Program-made: the position numbers and the translations under genes
The notes under the pieces: generated by a model
What the model was told of the DNA's origin: nothing
Seen by the model: only the letters and a program-made list of their open reading frames with translations
Database searches by the model: none
Shown here: one piece after another, positions 19,604 through 28,667 of the stretch
Position numbering within the stretch: position 1 is the stretch's first letter
How the letters are laid out: every line of letters starts with the position of its first letter
Source of the DNA: Pedosphaera sp.
GTDB lineage: Bacteria > Verrucomicrobiota > Verrucomicrobiia > Limisphaerales > SIBH01
DNA: 64,000 bases
Reading direction: 5' to 3'
Assembly (NCBI GenBank): GCA_031414955.1
Contig: JANOQV010000242.1
Span: 35,459-99,458 of the forward strand

Positions 19604-20593
19604 ATGAATACTGGATTGACCGCCATTAACGAAACCGTGCAGAAGGCCGGCGCCTTCCTGCGCCCGCTGACCCTGGAAATGGGCAAAGTCGTCGTCGGCC
19701 AGACCTATTTGGTCGAACGCCTCGTCATTGGCCTGCTGGCCAACGGACACGTCCTGCTCGAAGGCGTGCCCGGCCTGGCGAAAACCTTGTCCGTGAAATC
19801 GCTCGCCGCCTGCCTGAGCGTGAAATTCTCCCGGCTGCAATTCACGCCCGACATGCTGCCCGCCGACGTCATCGGCACACAGATTTACAATCCGCAATCC
19901 GGCGGCTTCACCACGCGCAAGGGACCCATCTTCTCCAACCTCGTGCTCGCCGACGAAATCAATCGCGCCCCCGCCAAGGTGCAGAGCGCGCTCCTCGAAG
20001 CCATGCAGGAGAAGCAAGTCACCATCGGCGACCAAACCTACAAGCTCGAAGAACCGTTCCTCGTCCTCGCCACGCAAAACCCCATCGAGCAGGAAGGCAC
20101 CTACCCGCTGCCCGAGGCGCAAGTTGACCGCTTCATGCTCAAGCTCAAGATCGGCTACCCGTCGCGCGAGGAGGAGCGGAACATTCTCGACTTGATGGCG
20201 AAGACCGGCCCTCCCCCCGCCACACAGGCCGTCGTCGATGCCAAGCAGATTCTCGAAGCCCGCCGCGTCATCAACGACATCTACGTGGACGACAAGGTGA
20301 AGGATTACATCGTCGATCTCGTCTGCTGCACGCGCGACCCGGGCAACTACAAAATCCAACTCCAGGGTCTGATTCAACTCGGTGCCTCGCCCCGCGCCAC
20401 CATCGCCCTCACGCTCGCCGCCAAGGCCCACGCCTTCTTGCGCGGTCGCGGCTACGTCACGCCGCAGGACGTGAAAAGCATCGGCATGGACGTGCTCCGC
20501 CACCGCGTCGCCATCACCTACGAAGCCGAGGCCGAGGAAAAGACGAGCGAGACCATCATCCAGAAGATTTTTGATGAATTGCCGGTGCCGTGA
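19604..20593 (+). CDS. moxR: MoxR family AAA+ ATPase
   Basis: LLEGVPGLAKT, RLQFTPDMLPAD, LADEINRAPAKVQSALLEAM and GTYPLPEAQVDRF. Confidence 0.95.
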   Translation: MNTGLTAINETVQKAGAFLRPLTLEMGKVVVGQTYLVERLVIGLLANGHVLLEGVPGLAKTLSVKSLAACLSVKFSRLQFTPDMLPADVIGTQIYNPQSGGFTTRKGPIFSNLVLADEINRAPAKVQSALLEAMQEKQVTIGDQTYKLEEPFLVLATQNPIEQEGTYPLPEAQVDRFMLKLKIGYPSREEERNILDLMAKTGPPPATQAVVDAKQILEARRVINDIYVDDKVKDYIVDLVCCTRDPGNYKIQLQGLIQLGASPRATIALTLAAKAHAFLRGRGYVTPQDVKSIGMDVLRHRVAITYEAEAEEKTSETIIQKIFDELPVP

Positions 20594-20621
20594 AGCATCG
20601 GCTCGCAGAGTGAAGGAACAA

Positions 20622-20939
20622 TTAGCTGTGAAACGGATTACGCCGCAACCTCGCTTGAAGTACTTCCGGGCTGCGCTTTGCATGGAAGACGGCGATCACA
20701 CCGATGATCGCGCCCGCCTGCGCGTAATAGATGAAATAGGGGAAACGTGGGACGCTCGCCTTGCGGATGGTCGGAGTGAATGGCGCAAACCGGTTTGGCG
20801 TTTCTTGAATTCGTTTCAGGATCGCCCCGACGGCTTTCTGAAGTCGGAAACCCACGCCTGGACTTTGTCGTTCATACCAACCGACGGCCTCATCAATTTC
20901 CGCACGAGCCTCGTCCGAAACGAGCAGGGTGTGGCTCAT
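20622..20939 (-). CDS. Type II toxin, RelE/ParE family
   Basis: EARAEIDEAVGWYE..RFPYFIYY..IAVFHAKRSP. Its ATG overlaps the antitoxin stop (ATGA). Confidence 0.85.
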   Translation of the reverse strand: MSHTLLVSDEARAEIDEAVGWYERQSPGVGFRLQKAVGAILKRIQETPNRFAPFTPTIRKASVPRFPYFIYYAQAGAIIGVIAVFHAKRSPEVLQARLRRNPFHS

Positions 20940-21163
20940 GACCAGCCGTATTTCTGGCGAAGTTCGGCGCGAATCTGTTCCCATGGCACACCCTGGCTTG
21001 GATTCTTTCGGAACTCCTCGGCCCGCCGTTCCAGTTCGGCGATCATCTCCGGCGTCTCCACAAAATCGTCCAAGTTCACTTCCTCTTGGATTTGTTCCGC
21101 CACGAGACGTTGCTCCTCCGGCGGCAAGGCCCGGAACTGTTGCAAAACTTCGGTCGCGCTCAT
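20936..21163 (-). CDS. Putative addiction-module antitoxin
   Basis: 75 aa, LPPEEQRLVAE..ELERRAEE..VPWEQIRAEL, directly upstream of the ParE-like toxin. Confidence 0.82.
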   Translation of the reverse strand: MSATEVLQQFRALPPEEQRLVAEQIQEEVNLDDFVETPEMIAELERRAEEFRKNPSQGVPWEQIRAELRQKYGWS

Positions 21164-21170
21164 GGTGGAT

Positions 21171-21234
21171 AAATTAGCCCGGCCCGTGGCGCTGGCAAGA
21201 CTCCGCTTGTCGCCAATAAGTCCAATGCCATGAT
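21171..21234. promoter_or_regulatory. Possible divergent promoters for the toxin-antitoxin operon (-) and the Ubl-DUF4132 block (+)
   Basis: Minus strand: TTGCCA-N16-TAATTT, 7 nt before the antitoxin ATG. Plus strand: TTGTCG-N16-CATGAT with an upstream TG. Confidence 0.3.
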
Positions 21235-21263
21235 GGCCGCAATCGCGAACCCAACCTGACACC

Positions 21264-21659
21264 ATGCCCACCACCCTCACCATCCACGACGAGACGAGTT
21301 CCGGGCAGAAGACGCACTCGTTCACCCTCGAATGCCTGACTGAGCGGATGACCGTGCGCGAACTCCTCCGCGCCCGCATCTACCAGGAGGTGCAGGACTA
21401 CAACACGCGCGAGCCGGAATACTTCCGTGGCCTCGTGGAGCCGACGCAGGCCGAGCGCACGCTCAACGGCTACCGCCTGCGCGAGCGCCGCCAGCTCGAC
21501 TGGCAGGAACAGTTCCAGCGCGCCACCGAAGCCTTTGAGCGCAACGGCTTCTTCGTCCTCGTGGGCAACCGGCAGGCCGCGACGCTGGACGAGGAGTTCG
21601 AAGTGAAGGTGGACACGGAAGTGAGCTTCGTGAAGCTGGTGCCGCTGGTGGGAGGGTGA
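21264..21659 (+). CDS. Conserved hypothetical protein, probable ubiquitin-like (ThiS/MoaD-like beta-grasp) protein with C-terminal Gly-Gly
   Basis: MTVRELL near the N-terminus. The C-terminus VLVGNRQ..LDEEF....TEVSFVKLVPLVGG-stop parallels the MoaD/ThiS tail. Confidence 0.65.
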   Translation: MPTTLTIHDETSSGQKTHSFTLECLTERMTVRELLRARIYQEVQDYNTREPEYFRGLVEPTQAERTLNGYRLRERRQLDWQEQFQRATEAFERNGFFVLVGNRQAATLDEEFEVKVDTEVSFVKLVPLVGG

Positions 21660-21674
21660 CGACAGCAGGTTTTT

Positions 21675-24311
21675 GTGAAGAAGCGAATTACAGGAGCATC
21701 AGATTCTGAGATGAAGGCTGACGGTTTCAAAAATTCTGAATGCGAGCCATGCGCGAAAGCGGTGTCGTTAGTGCAAGAACTGAGCGCACAAGCGGACGTG
21801 TCTGACTACAAGTGGGAGAAGTTCAAAGACTTGGCAGCCACCAAGGAGATTCTGGCCTCGGATCCGGCAACGAAACGAGCCGTCGTTCGATATACCGTCG
21901 AAACGATCATTGCCATCTGGTCCAAGTGGGATGCCAAAGATGAGTGGCCGCGCTTGTGGTTTAGAAAAATGCTTGAGGCACGACGGCTTCCGGGAGCAGC
22001 CCAAGCAGTTTGCCGGAAACTTCTTTCGCAAGACTTGGCTTTTTCGGAGGAGGAATTCACCGCACTGATTGAAAGAACGGCCAAAGTCCCGCAGCTCTCT
22101 TCGCACGTAGCATTCTTCGAACCTTTGATTACGACTATCGAGGAATCTGCTTCTAGGAATCGAGTTTCACCGCGGATGAGAGCCGCGCTGGAGAATCTTC
22201 GGGGCGCAATATGTTGGGAGAACGCACCAGAAACAAAACTCAGGGGGCGCATTACAGCAGTTCTACGCGGTCCAAAAGAACTTCCGTTACAGCCGGGGGA
22301 AGCATGGTCCGACACCGCCTCTTCTGAATTGAAGGCCATGCCGGAAGCGCAGCGGATGAAATGGGTATCGCTACTCTCGCATTGTCGTACCCAATCGGGA
22401 GGGTCGCCCCCTGCGAAGTGGCTTCAGACTGCATCGAGTTTGGTAAGGGACATTGGTGCCAAGCAATTCAAGCAGCGAATAATTGCTTGGTTGCCGTTGG
22501 TCAACGAACCGCGCACCGAATCCATAGATGATTGGAACCGCGAGTGGCAGCCGGATCCCCATCAACTCATCATTGAGCCTCACTCCGACATCCTCAAAGG
22601 TTTGGCTTGGTGTTGTGGGCTGCGCGAAGGCAAGGAGATCGCCCGCGAGTTGACTGCGCTGGCACTCAGCACGTATCGCAAGATTCCGAAGAAGGGGCCA
22701 CGCGAAGTGAAGGTCGGCAATGCCTGCGTCACCGCGCTTGGCATGATGCCGAGCATGGAAGGTGTCGGGCAATTGGCGCTGCTCAAAGTGCGCGTGAAGT
22801 TCGGCATGGCGCAGAAGATGATCGAGAAAGCGCTGGAGGCCACGGCGGCGCGGGTGGGATTGCCGCGCGAAGAACTCGAAGAGATGGCTGTGCCGGCTTA
22901 CGGGCTGACGGAGGTCGGACGTTGCACCGAGCAGTTCGGCGATTACACGGCGGAGTTGAAAGTCAGCGGCACCGGTTCCACGGAAATCTCCTGGCTCAAG
23001 TCGGATGGCAAACGTCAGCAATCTGTCCCAGCGGTGGTGAAGGAGAAGTTCGCGGACGACTTTAAGGAACTTCAGGCCGCCGCAAAGGACATCCAGCGGA
23101 TGCTGCCCGCGCAACGCGAGCGCATCGACAGCCTGTTCCTGCAACAGAAACGCTGGCCGTTCGCGGTGTGGCGCGAGCGGTATCTCGATCATCCGCTGGT
23201 GGGCGTGCTGGCCCGGCGGCTTCTGTGGGTCTTCACGAACGGGAAGAAAAACACCACCGGCATCTGGTTCAACGGTCAGATCATGGACGTTGATCTCAAA
23301 CCGATAAAAAATCTGGGCGCTGAGACGACGGTCACTCTCTGGCATCCGATCGGACGCGACTTGGACGAGATTGTCGGCTGGCGTGCGTGGCTGGATGCGC
23401 AGCAGATTCAGCAGCCGTTCAAGCAGGCGCATCGCGAAGTCTATGTGCTCACGGACGCCGAGCGCCGCACGAACACCTACTCGAACCGTTTCGCCGCGCA
23501 TCTGCTCAAGCAGCATCAGTTCAACGCGCTCGCCGCCTTGCGTGGCTGGAAGAACAAACTTCGCCTGATGGTCGATGCCGAGTTCCCGCCCGCCACGCGA
23601 TTGCTCCCGCAATGGGGCTTGCGCGCCGAGTTCTGGATCGAGGGCGCGGGCGACGAATACGGCACGGACACGAACGAGACCGGAACGTTCCTTCGCGTGG
23701 CCACGGACCAGGTGCGCTTCTACCCGATGGAAGCCGCTCAACGTACCGCGCACGCTGGAGGTGGAGGGTGTCGCGCCGACCGGCAAGAGGATGGACAACC
23801 GTTGCCGCTCGAAGAAATCCCGGCGCTGGTCTTCTCCGAGATCATGCGCGACGTGGATTTGTTCGTCGGTGTCGCGAGCGTGGGAAATGATCAGGCTTGG
23901 GCCGATGGTGGTCCTGATGGGCGCTATCGCGATTACTGGCAGAGCTATTCCTTTGGCGAACTGGCCGCCACGGCGCAGACACGCAAGGAAGTCCTGCAAC
24001 GGTTGGTGCCACGGCTCAAGATCGCAGGCCAATGTTCCTTTGCCGACAAGTTCCTCGTCGTGAAAGGCAGCCGGCGCACCTACAAGATTCACCTGGGCAG
24101 CGGAAACATTCTCATGGAACCGAACGACCAGTATCTCTGCATCGTGCCGGATCGGAGCAGCGCGTCGGCGAAGGCGGGTGAGAAGGTGTTCCTCCCGTTC
24201 GAGGGCGATGGCACGTTGTCCATCATCCTGAGCAAGGCTTTCCTGCTGGCGGATGATGGGAAGATCAAAGACGAGACGATTCTCCGGCAGATCAAGCTGC
24301 CCAGCTCATGA
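21675..24311 (+). CDS. DUF4132 domain-containing protein
   Basis: ELEEMAVPAYGL, WRERYLDHPLVG..ARRLLW, LWHP, QPFKQAHREVY and FSEIMRDVDLFV. Start is uncertain (GTG 21675 or ATG 21711). Confidence 0.85.
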   Translation: MKKRITGASDSEMKADGFKNSECEPCAKAVSLVQELSAQADVSDYKWEKFKDLAATKEILASDPATKRAVVRYTVETIIAIWSKWDAKDEWPRLWFRKMLEARRLPGAAQAVCRKLLSQDLAFSEEEFTALIERTAKVPQLSSHVAFFEPLITTIEESASRNRVSPRMRAALENLRGAICWENAPETKLRGRITAVLRGPKELPLQPGEAWSDTASSELKAMPEAQRMKWVSLLSHCRTQSGGSPPAKWLQTASSLVRDIGAKQFKQRIIAWLPLVNEPRTESIDDWNREWQPDPHQLIIEPHSDILKGLAWCCGLREGKEIARELTALALSTYRKIPKKGPREVKVGNACVTALGMMPSMEGVGQLALLKVRVKFGMAQKMIEKALEATAARVGLPREELEEMAVPAYGLTEVGRCTEQFGDYTAELKVSGTGSTEISWLKSDGKRQQSVPAVVKEKFADDFKELQAAAKDIQRMLPAQRERIDSLFLQQKRWPFAVWRERYLDHPLVGVLARRLLWVFTNGKKNTTGIWFNGQIMDVDLKPIKNLGAETTVTLWHPIGRDLDEIVGWRAWLDAQQIQQPFKQAHREVYVLTDAERRTNTYSNRFAAHLLKQHQFNALAALRGWKNKLRLMVDAEFPPATRLLPQWGLRAEFWIEGAGDEYGTDTNETGTFLRVATDQVRFYPMEAAQRTAHAGGGGCRADRQEDGQPLPLEEIPALVFSEIMRDVDLFVGVASVGNDQAWADGGPDGRYRDYWQSYSFGELAATAQTRKEVLQRLVPRLKIAGQCSFADKFLVVKGSRRTYKIHLGSGNILMEPNDQYLCIVPDRSSASAKAGEKVFLPFEGDGTLSIILSKAFLLADDGKIKDETILRQIKLPSS

Positions 24312-25141
24312 GCCAACCCAAGAAATCCACCATCGAGGTTCAGGGCACGGCGGTATCCATCGTCTCCGGCAAGGATGGCGACTACATCTCGCTCACGGAC
24401 ATGCTTCGGGCGAAGGACGGCGAGTTCTTTATTTCGGATTGGCTGCGAAACCGGAACACGGTCGAGTTTCTCGGCATCTGGGAATCCGTTTTCAACCCCG
24501 CTTTTAATTATGGCGAATTCGCCACAATTAAAAGTCAGGCGGGGCTGAACAGCTACAAGATCAGCGTGAAGGAGTGGGTCGATAAAACCAATGCCATTGG
24601 CCTCAAAGCCACGCCGGGACGTTACGGCGGCACGTTTGCCCACCCTGACATCGCCTTCGAGTTCGGCATGTGGATCAGCCCGGAGTTCAAGATTTACCTG
24701 GTCAAAGAATTCCGCCGGCTGAAGGAGGACGAGAACCGCCGTCTTTCGCTCGCGTGGAATCTCAACCGCACGTTGTCGAAACTGAATTATCGCATCCACA
24801 CGGACGCGGTGAAGGCGCACCTGATTCCGCCCGAGGTCACGCCCGCGCAGGCGGCCAGCACTTACGCGACCGAGGCGGATTTGCTGAATGTCGCGCTTTT
24901 TGGGCATACCGCCCGTCAGTGGCGCGACGCGAATCCGAAGCTGGAAGGTAACGTGCGCGAGTACGCGAGCGTCGAACAACTGCTCGTGCTCGCGAACATG
25001 GAAGGCATGAACGTGGAGTTCATCCACATGGGATTGCCGCAAGGCGAACGGCTCAAGCGGCTCAATCAAATTGCCATTCGTCAGATGCAGGTGTTGACTT
25101 CGGCGAATTTGAAGGCATTGCCGGGAGTGAAGGGGAAATGA
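24308..25141 (+). CDS. KilA-N domain-containing DNA-binding protein
   Basis: DYISLTDM, WLRNRNTVEFLGIWE and GRYGGTFAHPDIAFEFGMWISPEFK. Confidence 0.92.
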   Translation: MSQPKKSTIEVQGTAVSIVSGKDGDYISLTDMLRAKDGEFFISDWLRNRNTVEFLGIWESVFNPAFNYGEFATIKSQAGLNSYKISVKEWVDKTNAIGLKATPGRYGGTFAHPDIAFEFGMWISPEFKIYLVKEFRRLKEDENRRLSLAWNLNRTLSKLNYRIHTDAVKAHLIPPEVTPAQAASTYATEADLLNVALFGHTARQWRDANPKLEGNVREYASVEQLLVLANMEGMNVEFIHMGLPQGERLKRLNQIAIRQMQVLTSANLKALPGVKGK

Positions 25142-25746
25142 GTCTCATCAATTCATCATCGCAATCACCACGTCCCGCGACACTCGTGCCAAAGTTCGGC
25201 CACTTCGCCTATGCCGAGGTCGCGGCGGGGGAACTGGTCGCAGTTGGGCCGTACCGGCAGACGACACGCATCGTGCAGTTGCAGCGCGCGGCGGCGGAGG
25301 CGCTGGGGCGGATGATTGAAGTGGCGCGGCAGGCGGGGCTGGAACTGGTACCTATCAGCGGATTCAGGAGCGTGGAGTACCAGGCGAAGCTTTGGGCGAA
25401 GGCCATTGAGAAGCGCGGTTCGGAGGTCGAGGCGGCGCGCTGGGTCGCGCCACCGGGACATTCGGAGCATCACACTGGACTGGCTGTCGATATTGGAGAA
25501 GGCCCGGAGCCGGAGTCGGATGTGGAGCCGGCCTTCGGCGACACTGCCGCCTACCGCTGGCTGGCCCAGCACGCCGCGAGCTTCGGCTTCGAGATGTCGT
25601 TCCCGGCGAACAACCCGCAGGGTGTTGGCTGCGAGCCGTGGCACTGGCGTTTCGTCGGCACGCCGGAAGCGGAGAGAACATTCGCTGCCGCGCGCAAGTT
25701 TTCCACCGCTCCGCGTTCCGCATTCCGCGTTCCGCATTCATCATGA
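25138..25746 (+). CDS. D-Ala-D-Ala carboxypeptidase, peptidase M15B (VanY-like)
   Basis: SGFRS, PGHSEHHTGLAVD and EPWHWRF zinc-peptidase motifs. Confidence 0.9.
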   Translation: MSLINSSSQSPRPATLVPKFGHFAYAEVAAGELVAVGPYRQTTRIVQLQRAAAEALGRMIEVARQAGLELVPISGFRSVEYQAKLWAKAIEKRGSEVEAARWVAPPGHSEHHTGLAVDIGEGPEPESDVEPAFGDTAAYRWLAQHAASFGFEMSFPANNPQGVGCEPWHWRFVGTPEAERTFAAARKFSTAPRSAFRVPHSS

Positions 25747-26687
25747 TTCCTCGCGAGATTCTCAAAAAGATTCGTCAGATCGAGCTGCGCACCAACCGGC
25801 TCGTGAACGAGACGCTAGGCGGGCAATACCACTCGGTCTTCAAGGGCCAGGGCATGAACTTCGAGGAGGTGCGCGAGTATCAACCCGGTGACGAGGTGCG
25901 GACGATTGATTGGAACGTCACAGCGCGGATGAACCATCCGTTCGTGAAGAAGTTTGTCGAGGAGCGCGAACTCACGCTCATGCTCGTGGTCGATTTGAGC
26001 GGCTCCGGGCTGTTCGGCTCCGGCGAGCAATCGAAGCGCGAGTTGGCGGCGGAGATCGCCTCGGTGCTCGCCTTCTCGGCCATCCGCAACAATGACAAGG
26101 TGGGGCTGATCCTCTTCACGGACGAGGTGGAGAAATACATGCCGCCGAAGAAGGGCCGACGTCATGTGCTGCGCGTCATCCGCGAGATTCTTTTTTTCGA
26201 ACCGAAGGGGCGTGGGACGAACATCAGTGGCGCGCTGGAATTCATGGGGCGGGTCACGGCGCATCGTGCCATCACCGTTGTCATCTCCGATTTCCTGGAA
26301 CCGGGCGCAGATCTGTCGGCGCTTCACGCCGCGCCAGGGGAGGGCGGTGCCTCGGCGCTCCACGCCAAATTGTCGTCCTCACTGCGGCAGACGAACCGCC
26401 GCCATGACGTGGTGGCGGTGCAGATTGTGGACCCGCACGAAATGGAATTGCCCGCGCTGGGCCGGCTCATTTTACAGGATGCGGAATCGGGCGAAGTGGT
26501 GGAGGTGAACACCAGCGCGGCCACGCGTCGGGCCTTCGCCGCGCAACAGCAGATCCACCAGGCGGAGATGGAGCGGACGCTGCGCCGGGCGCGCGTCGAT
26601 GCTATCCGGCTGCGGACGAGCGAATCGTACGCCGGCGCGCTGGGTCGGTTTTTTGAAACGCGGGAGCGAAGGAGGATGCGTGGTTGA
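25743..26687 (+). CDS. DUF58 domain protein (MoxR-associated, VWA-like)
   Basis: MIPREILKKIRQIEL, GMNFEEVREYQPGD..IDWNVTAR and VVISDF. Confidence 0.93.
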   Translation: MIPREILKKIRQIELRTNRLVNETLGGQYHSVFKGQGMNFEEVREYQPGDEVRTIDWNVTARMNHPFVKKFVEERELTLMLVVDLSGSGLFGSGEQSKRELAAEIASVLAFSAIRNNDKVGLILFTDEVEKYMPPKKGRRHVLRVIREILFFEPKGRGTNISGALEFMGRVTAHRAITVVISDFLEPGADLSALHAAPGEGGASALHAKLSSSLRQTNRRHDVVAVQIVDPHEMELPALGRLILQDAESGEVVEVNTSAATRRAFAAQQQIHQAEMERTLRRARVDAIRLRTSESYAGALGRFFETRERRRMRG

Positions 26688-26723
26688 GATAAATGAACGA
26701 ACCAGTGCGCCGCCGCGCCGCTA

Positions 26724-26855
26724 CTCCCTCTCCCCTCAACGGGGAGAGGGCTGGGGTGAGGGGTGGGAACGTGGCCAGGCTCTGGTCATTGCGAAAGCGT
26801 CCTGGCCGCACCACCCCTCACCCTCATTCCCTCTCCCCGTTGAGGGGAGAGGGAG
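26724..26855. repeat. Intergenic palindromic element (CCCTCTCCCC-TCAAC-GGGGAGAGGG family)
   Basis: Two inverted copies of a hairpin-forming unit flank a spacer. A related copy lies inside the CDS at 57971-58103. Confidence 0.85.
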
Positions 26856-26888
26856 GTTCGCGTTCGGACCTTCACGATTCATCTGAGC

Positions 26889-27518
26889 ATGGCTTCCAAC
26901 TCCGGCATTCTCATCCCGCCGCGCGCGCCCGCCAGCACGGTCGCGAGCACGAATGACATTCGCCCCATCAAGCCGCCCGTGGAGGTGCCGAATCCGTGGG
27001 TCTGGGTGTTCTGGACGGCGGGTGTGCTGCTGGCTCTAGCGATTATCGTCGCCGCCTTGGTCCTGTGGAAGAACCGGCGCAAGCAACTCGCAGTCGTTCC
27101 TCCGGTGCCGCCGCATGTGCGCGCGCGCCAGAAGCTGGAGGCGGCTTTGCTGCTCATCAGTGACCCGCGCGCCTTTGCCATCGCGGTGTCCGACGCGGTG
27201 CGCGTTTATCTTGAGGAGCGGTTCCAACTGCGCGCTCCAGAGCGGACCACCGAGGAGTTCTTGCGCGACTTGCAGAAGACTTCCGTGCTGACGGAACAAC
27301 AGAAGGACAGCCTGAGTGCGTTTCTTGAGCAATGTGATCTGGTGAAGTTCGCCCGCTTCGAGCCGCCGGAGACCATGCTGCGTGAGTTGCAGGAATCAGC
27401 GTTGTGCCTTGTCCATGAAACGCAGTACGAAGCGCTGGCTGTCCCGTCGAGTGTTGCGCCGCCGCTGCCCGAACCTCGCCCGCAGGATGCCGACAGCTCG
27501 TCGCCGCCGACCGTATGA
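26889..27518 (+). CDS. Bat-operon single-TM protein (DUF4381-like)
   Basis: DIRPIKPPV, one TM, ERTTEEFL and CDLVKFA. Lies between DUF58 and batA. Confidence 0.75.
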   Translation: MASNSGILIPPRAPASTVASTNDIRPIKPPVEVPNPWVWVFWTAGVLLALAIIVAALVLWKNRRKQLAVVPPVPPHVRARQKLEAALLLISDPRAFAIAVSDAVRVYLEERFQLRAPERTTEEFLRDLQKTSVLTEQQKDSLSAFLEQCDLVKFARFEPPETMLRELQESALCLVHETQYEALAVPSSVAPPLPEPRPQDADSSSPPTV

Positions 27519-28513
27519 AGTTCACGTTTGCCAACTGGTGGTTTCTTTTTGCGCTGCTCTTGCTGCCGCTGCTGGCCTTTTTGCGCGGCCAGCGCGGGGC
27601 GCGACCGGCCTTTGTCTATTCGTCCGTGACTTTGCTCAAGGGCGTGAGCAAGGCCAGTCGCTCGCGGGCCGGTGCCCTTTTGCACGCGCTGCGCTGGCTC
27701 GCCCTGGCCTTGCTCATTGTGGCCCTGGCGCGTCCGCAGAAGACGCAGACCGAAACCTCGGTGCGCGCCAGCGGTGTGGACATCGTCATCGCGGTTGATT
27801 TGTCGGGCAGCATGGAGTCGGAGGATTTCCAGATCAAAGGCCAGCGCGTGAACCGGCTCGTGGTGGCCAAGGACACGATCAAGCAGTTCATCCAGAAGCG
27901 CCCGAATGATCGCATCGGCCTGGTCGCCTTCGCCGGGCGCGCTTACATCGCCGCGCCGTTGACGCTCGATCACGATTTCCTCCTGAACAACTTGGCCCGG
28001 CTGGAACTGCACACCATCGAGGACGGCACGGCCATCGGCTCGGGCCTTTCGGCGGCGGTGAACCGGCTGCGCGACGTGAAATCCAAGAGCAAGATTGTGG
28101 TCCTGATGACCGACGGCCAGAACAACGCCGGCAAGATTCCCCCCCTGACCGCGGCCGAGGCGGCCAAGGCGCTGGACGTGAAAGTTTACACCATCGGCGT
28201 GGGTATTCGCGGCCAGGCACCGTTCCCTCAGAACACGCCCTTCGGCAAACGCTATGCGATGGTGGAAGTGGACATCGACGAACCGACGCTGACCAGCATC
28301 GCGGAGAAGACTGGCGGCAAATACTATCGCGCCGACAGCACGGACACGCTGCGCAAGGTGTATGAGGAGATTGATCAGTTCGAGAAGACCGAGGCGGTGG
28401 TGAAGAAGTTTGTGCGGCGCGAAGAATTGTTTCACTGGGCGGCGCTGTCCGCTTTGCTGCTGCTGGTGATCGAAGTGATGTTGGCGAACACGATTTGGAG
28501 GAGATTGCCGTGA
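27515..28513 (+). CDS. batA: VWA domain protein, BatA-like
   Basis: N-terminal BatA TM, ALARPQ, MIDAS DLSGSM, DGTAIG, LMTDG and a C-terminal TM. Confidence 0.88.
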   Translation: MKFTFANWWFLFALLLLPLLAFLRGQRGARPAFVYSSVTLLKGVSKASRSRAGALLHALRWLALALLIVALARPQKTQTETSVRASGVDIVIAVDLSGSMESEDFQIKGQRVNRLVVAKDTIKQFIQKRPNDRIGLVAFAGRAYIAAPLTLDHDFLLNNLARLELHTIEDGTAIGSGLSAAVNRLRDVKSKSKIVVLMTDGQNNAGKIPPLTAAEAAKALDVKVYTIGVGIRGQAPFPQNTPFGKRYAMVEVDIDEPTLTSIAEKTGGKYYRADSTDTLRKVYEEIDQFEKTEAVVKKFVRREELFHWAALSALLLLVIEVMLANTIWRRLP

Positions 28514-28519
28514 AACAAC

Positions 28520-28650
28520 CCCCAAGCCCCAAGCCCCAAGCACCAGGGAAGCTCCAAACCCCAAGCACCTGGAAGCGCGCGGTCTTTCGGAGTCCGTTTG
28601 AGGTTTGGAGATTGGAACTTCGCTGGTGCTTGGGGCTTGGGGTTTGGGGC
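28520..28650. repeat. Intergenic palindromic element built from heptamer arrays (CCCCAAG)n ... (CTTGGGG)n
   Basis: CCCCAAGCCCCAAGCACCAG at the left end is mirrored by CTGGTGCTTGGGGCTTGGGG at the right end. Confidence 0.85.
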
Positions 28651-28667
28651 TTTACCCATTTCAACTT

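Noticed and set aside
20594..25742. Prophage or transposon
   Set aside because: KilA-N and toxin-antitoxin genes are mobile-associated, but I saw no integrase, transposase, structural genes or flanking direct repeats.
25138..25746. Vancomycin-resistance locus
   Set aside because: This is a lone M15B peptidase with no vanHAX or vanRS genes. Such peptidases are widespread.
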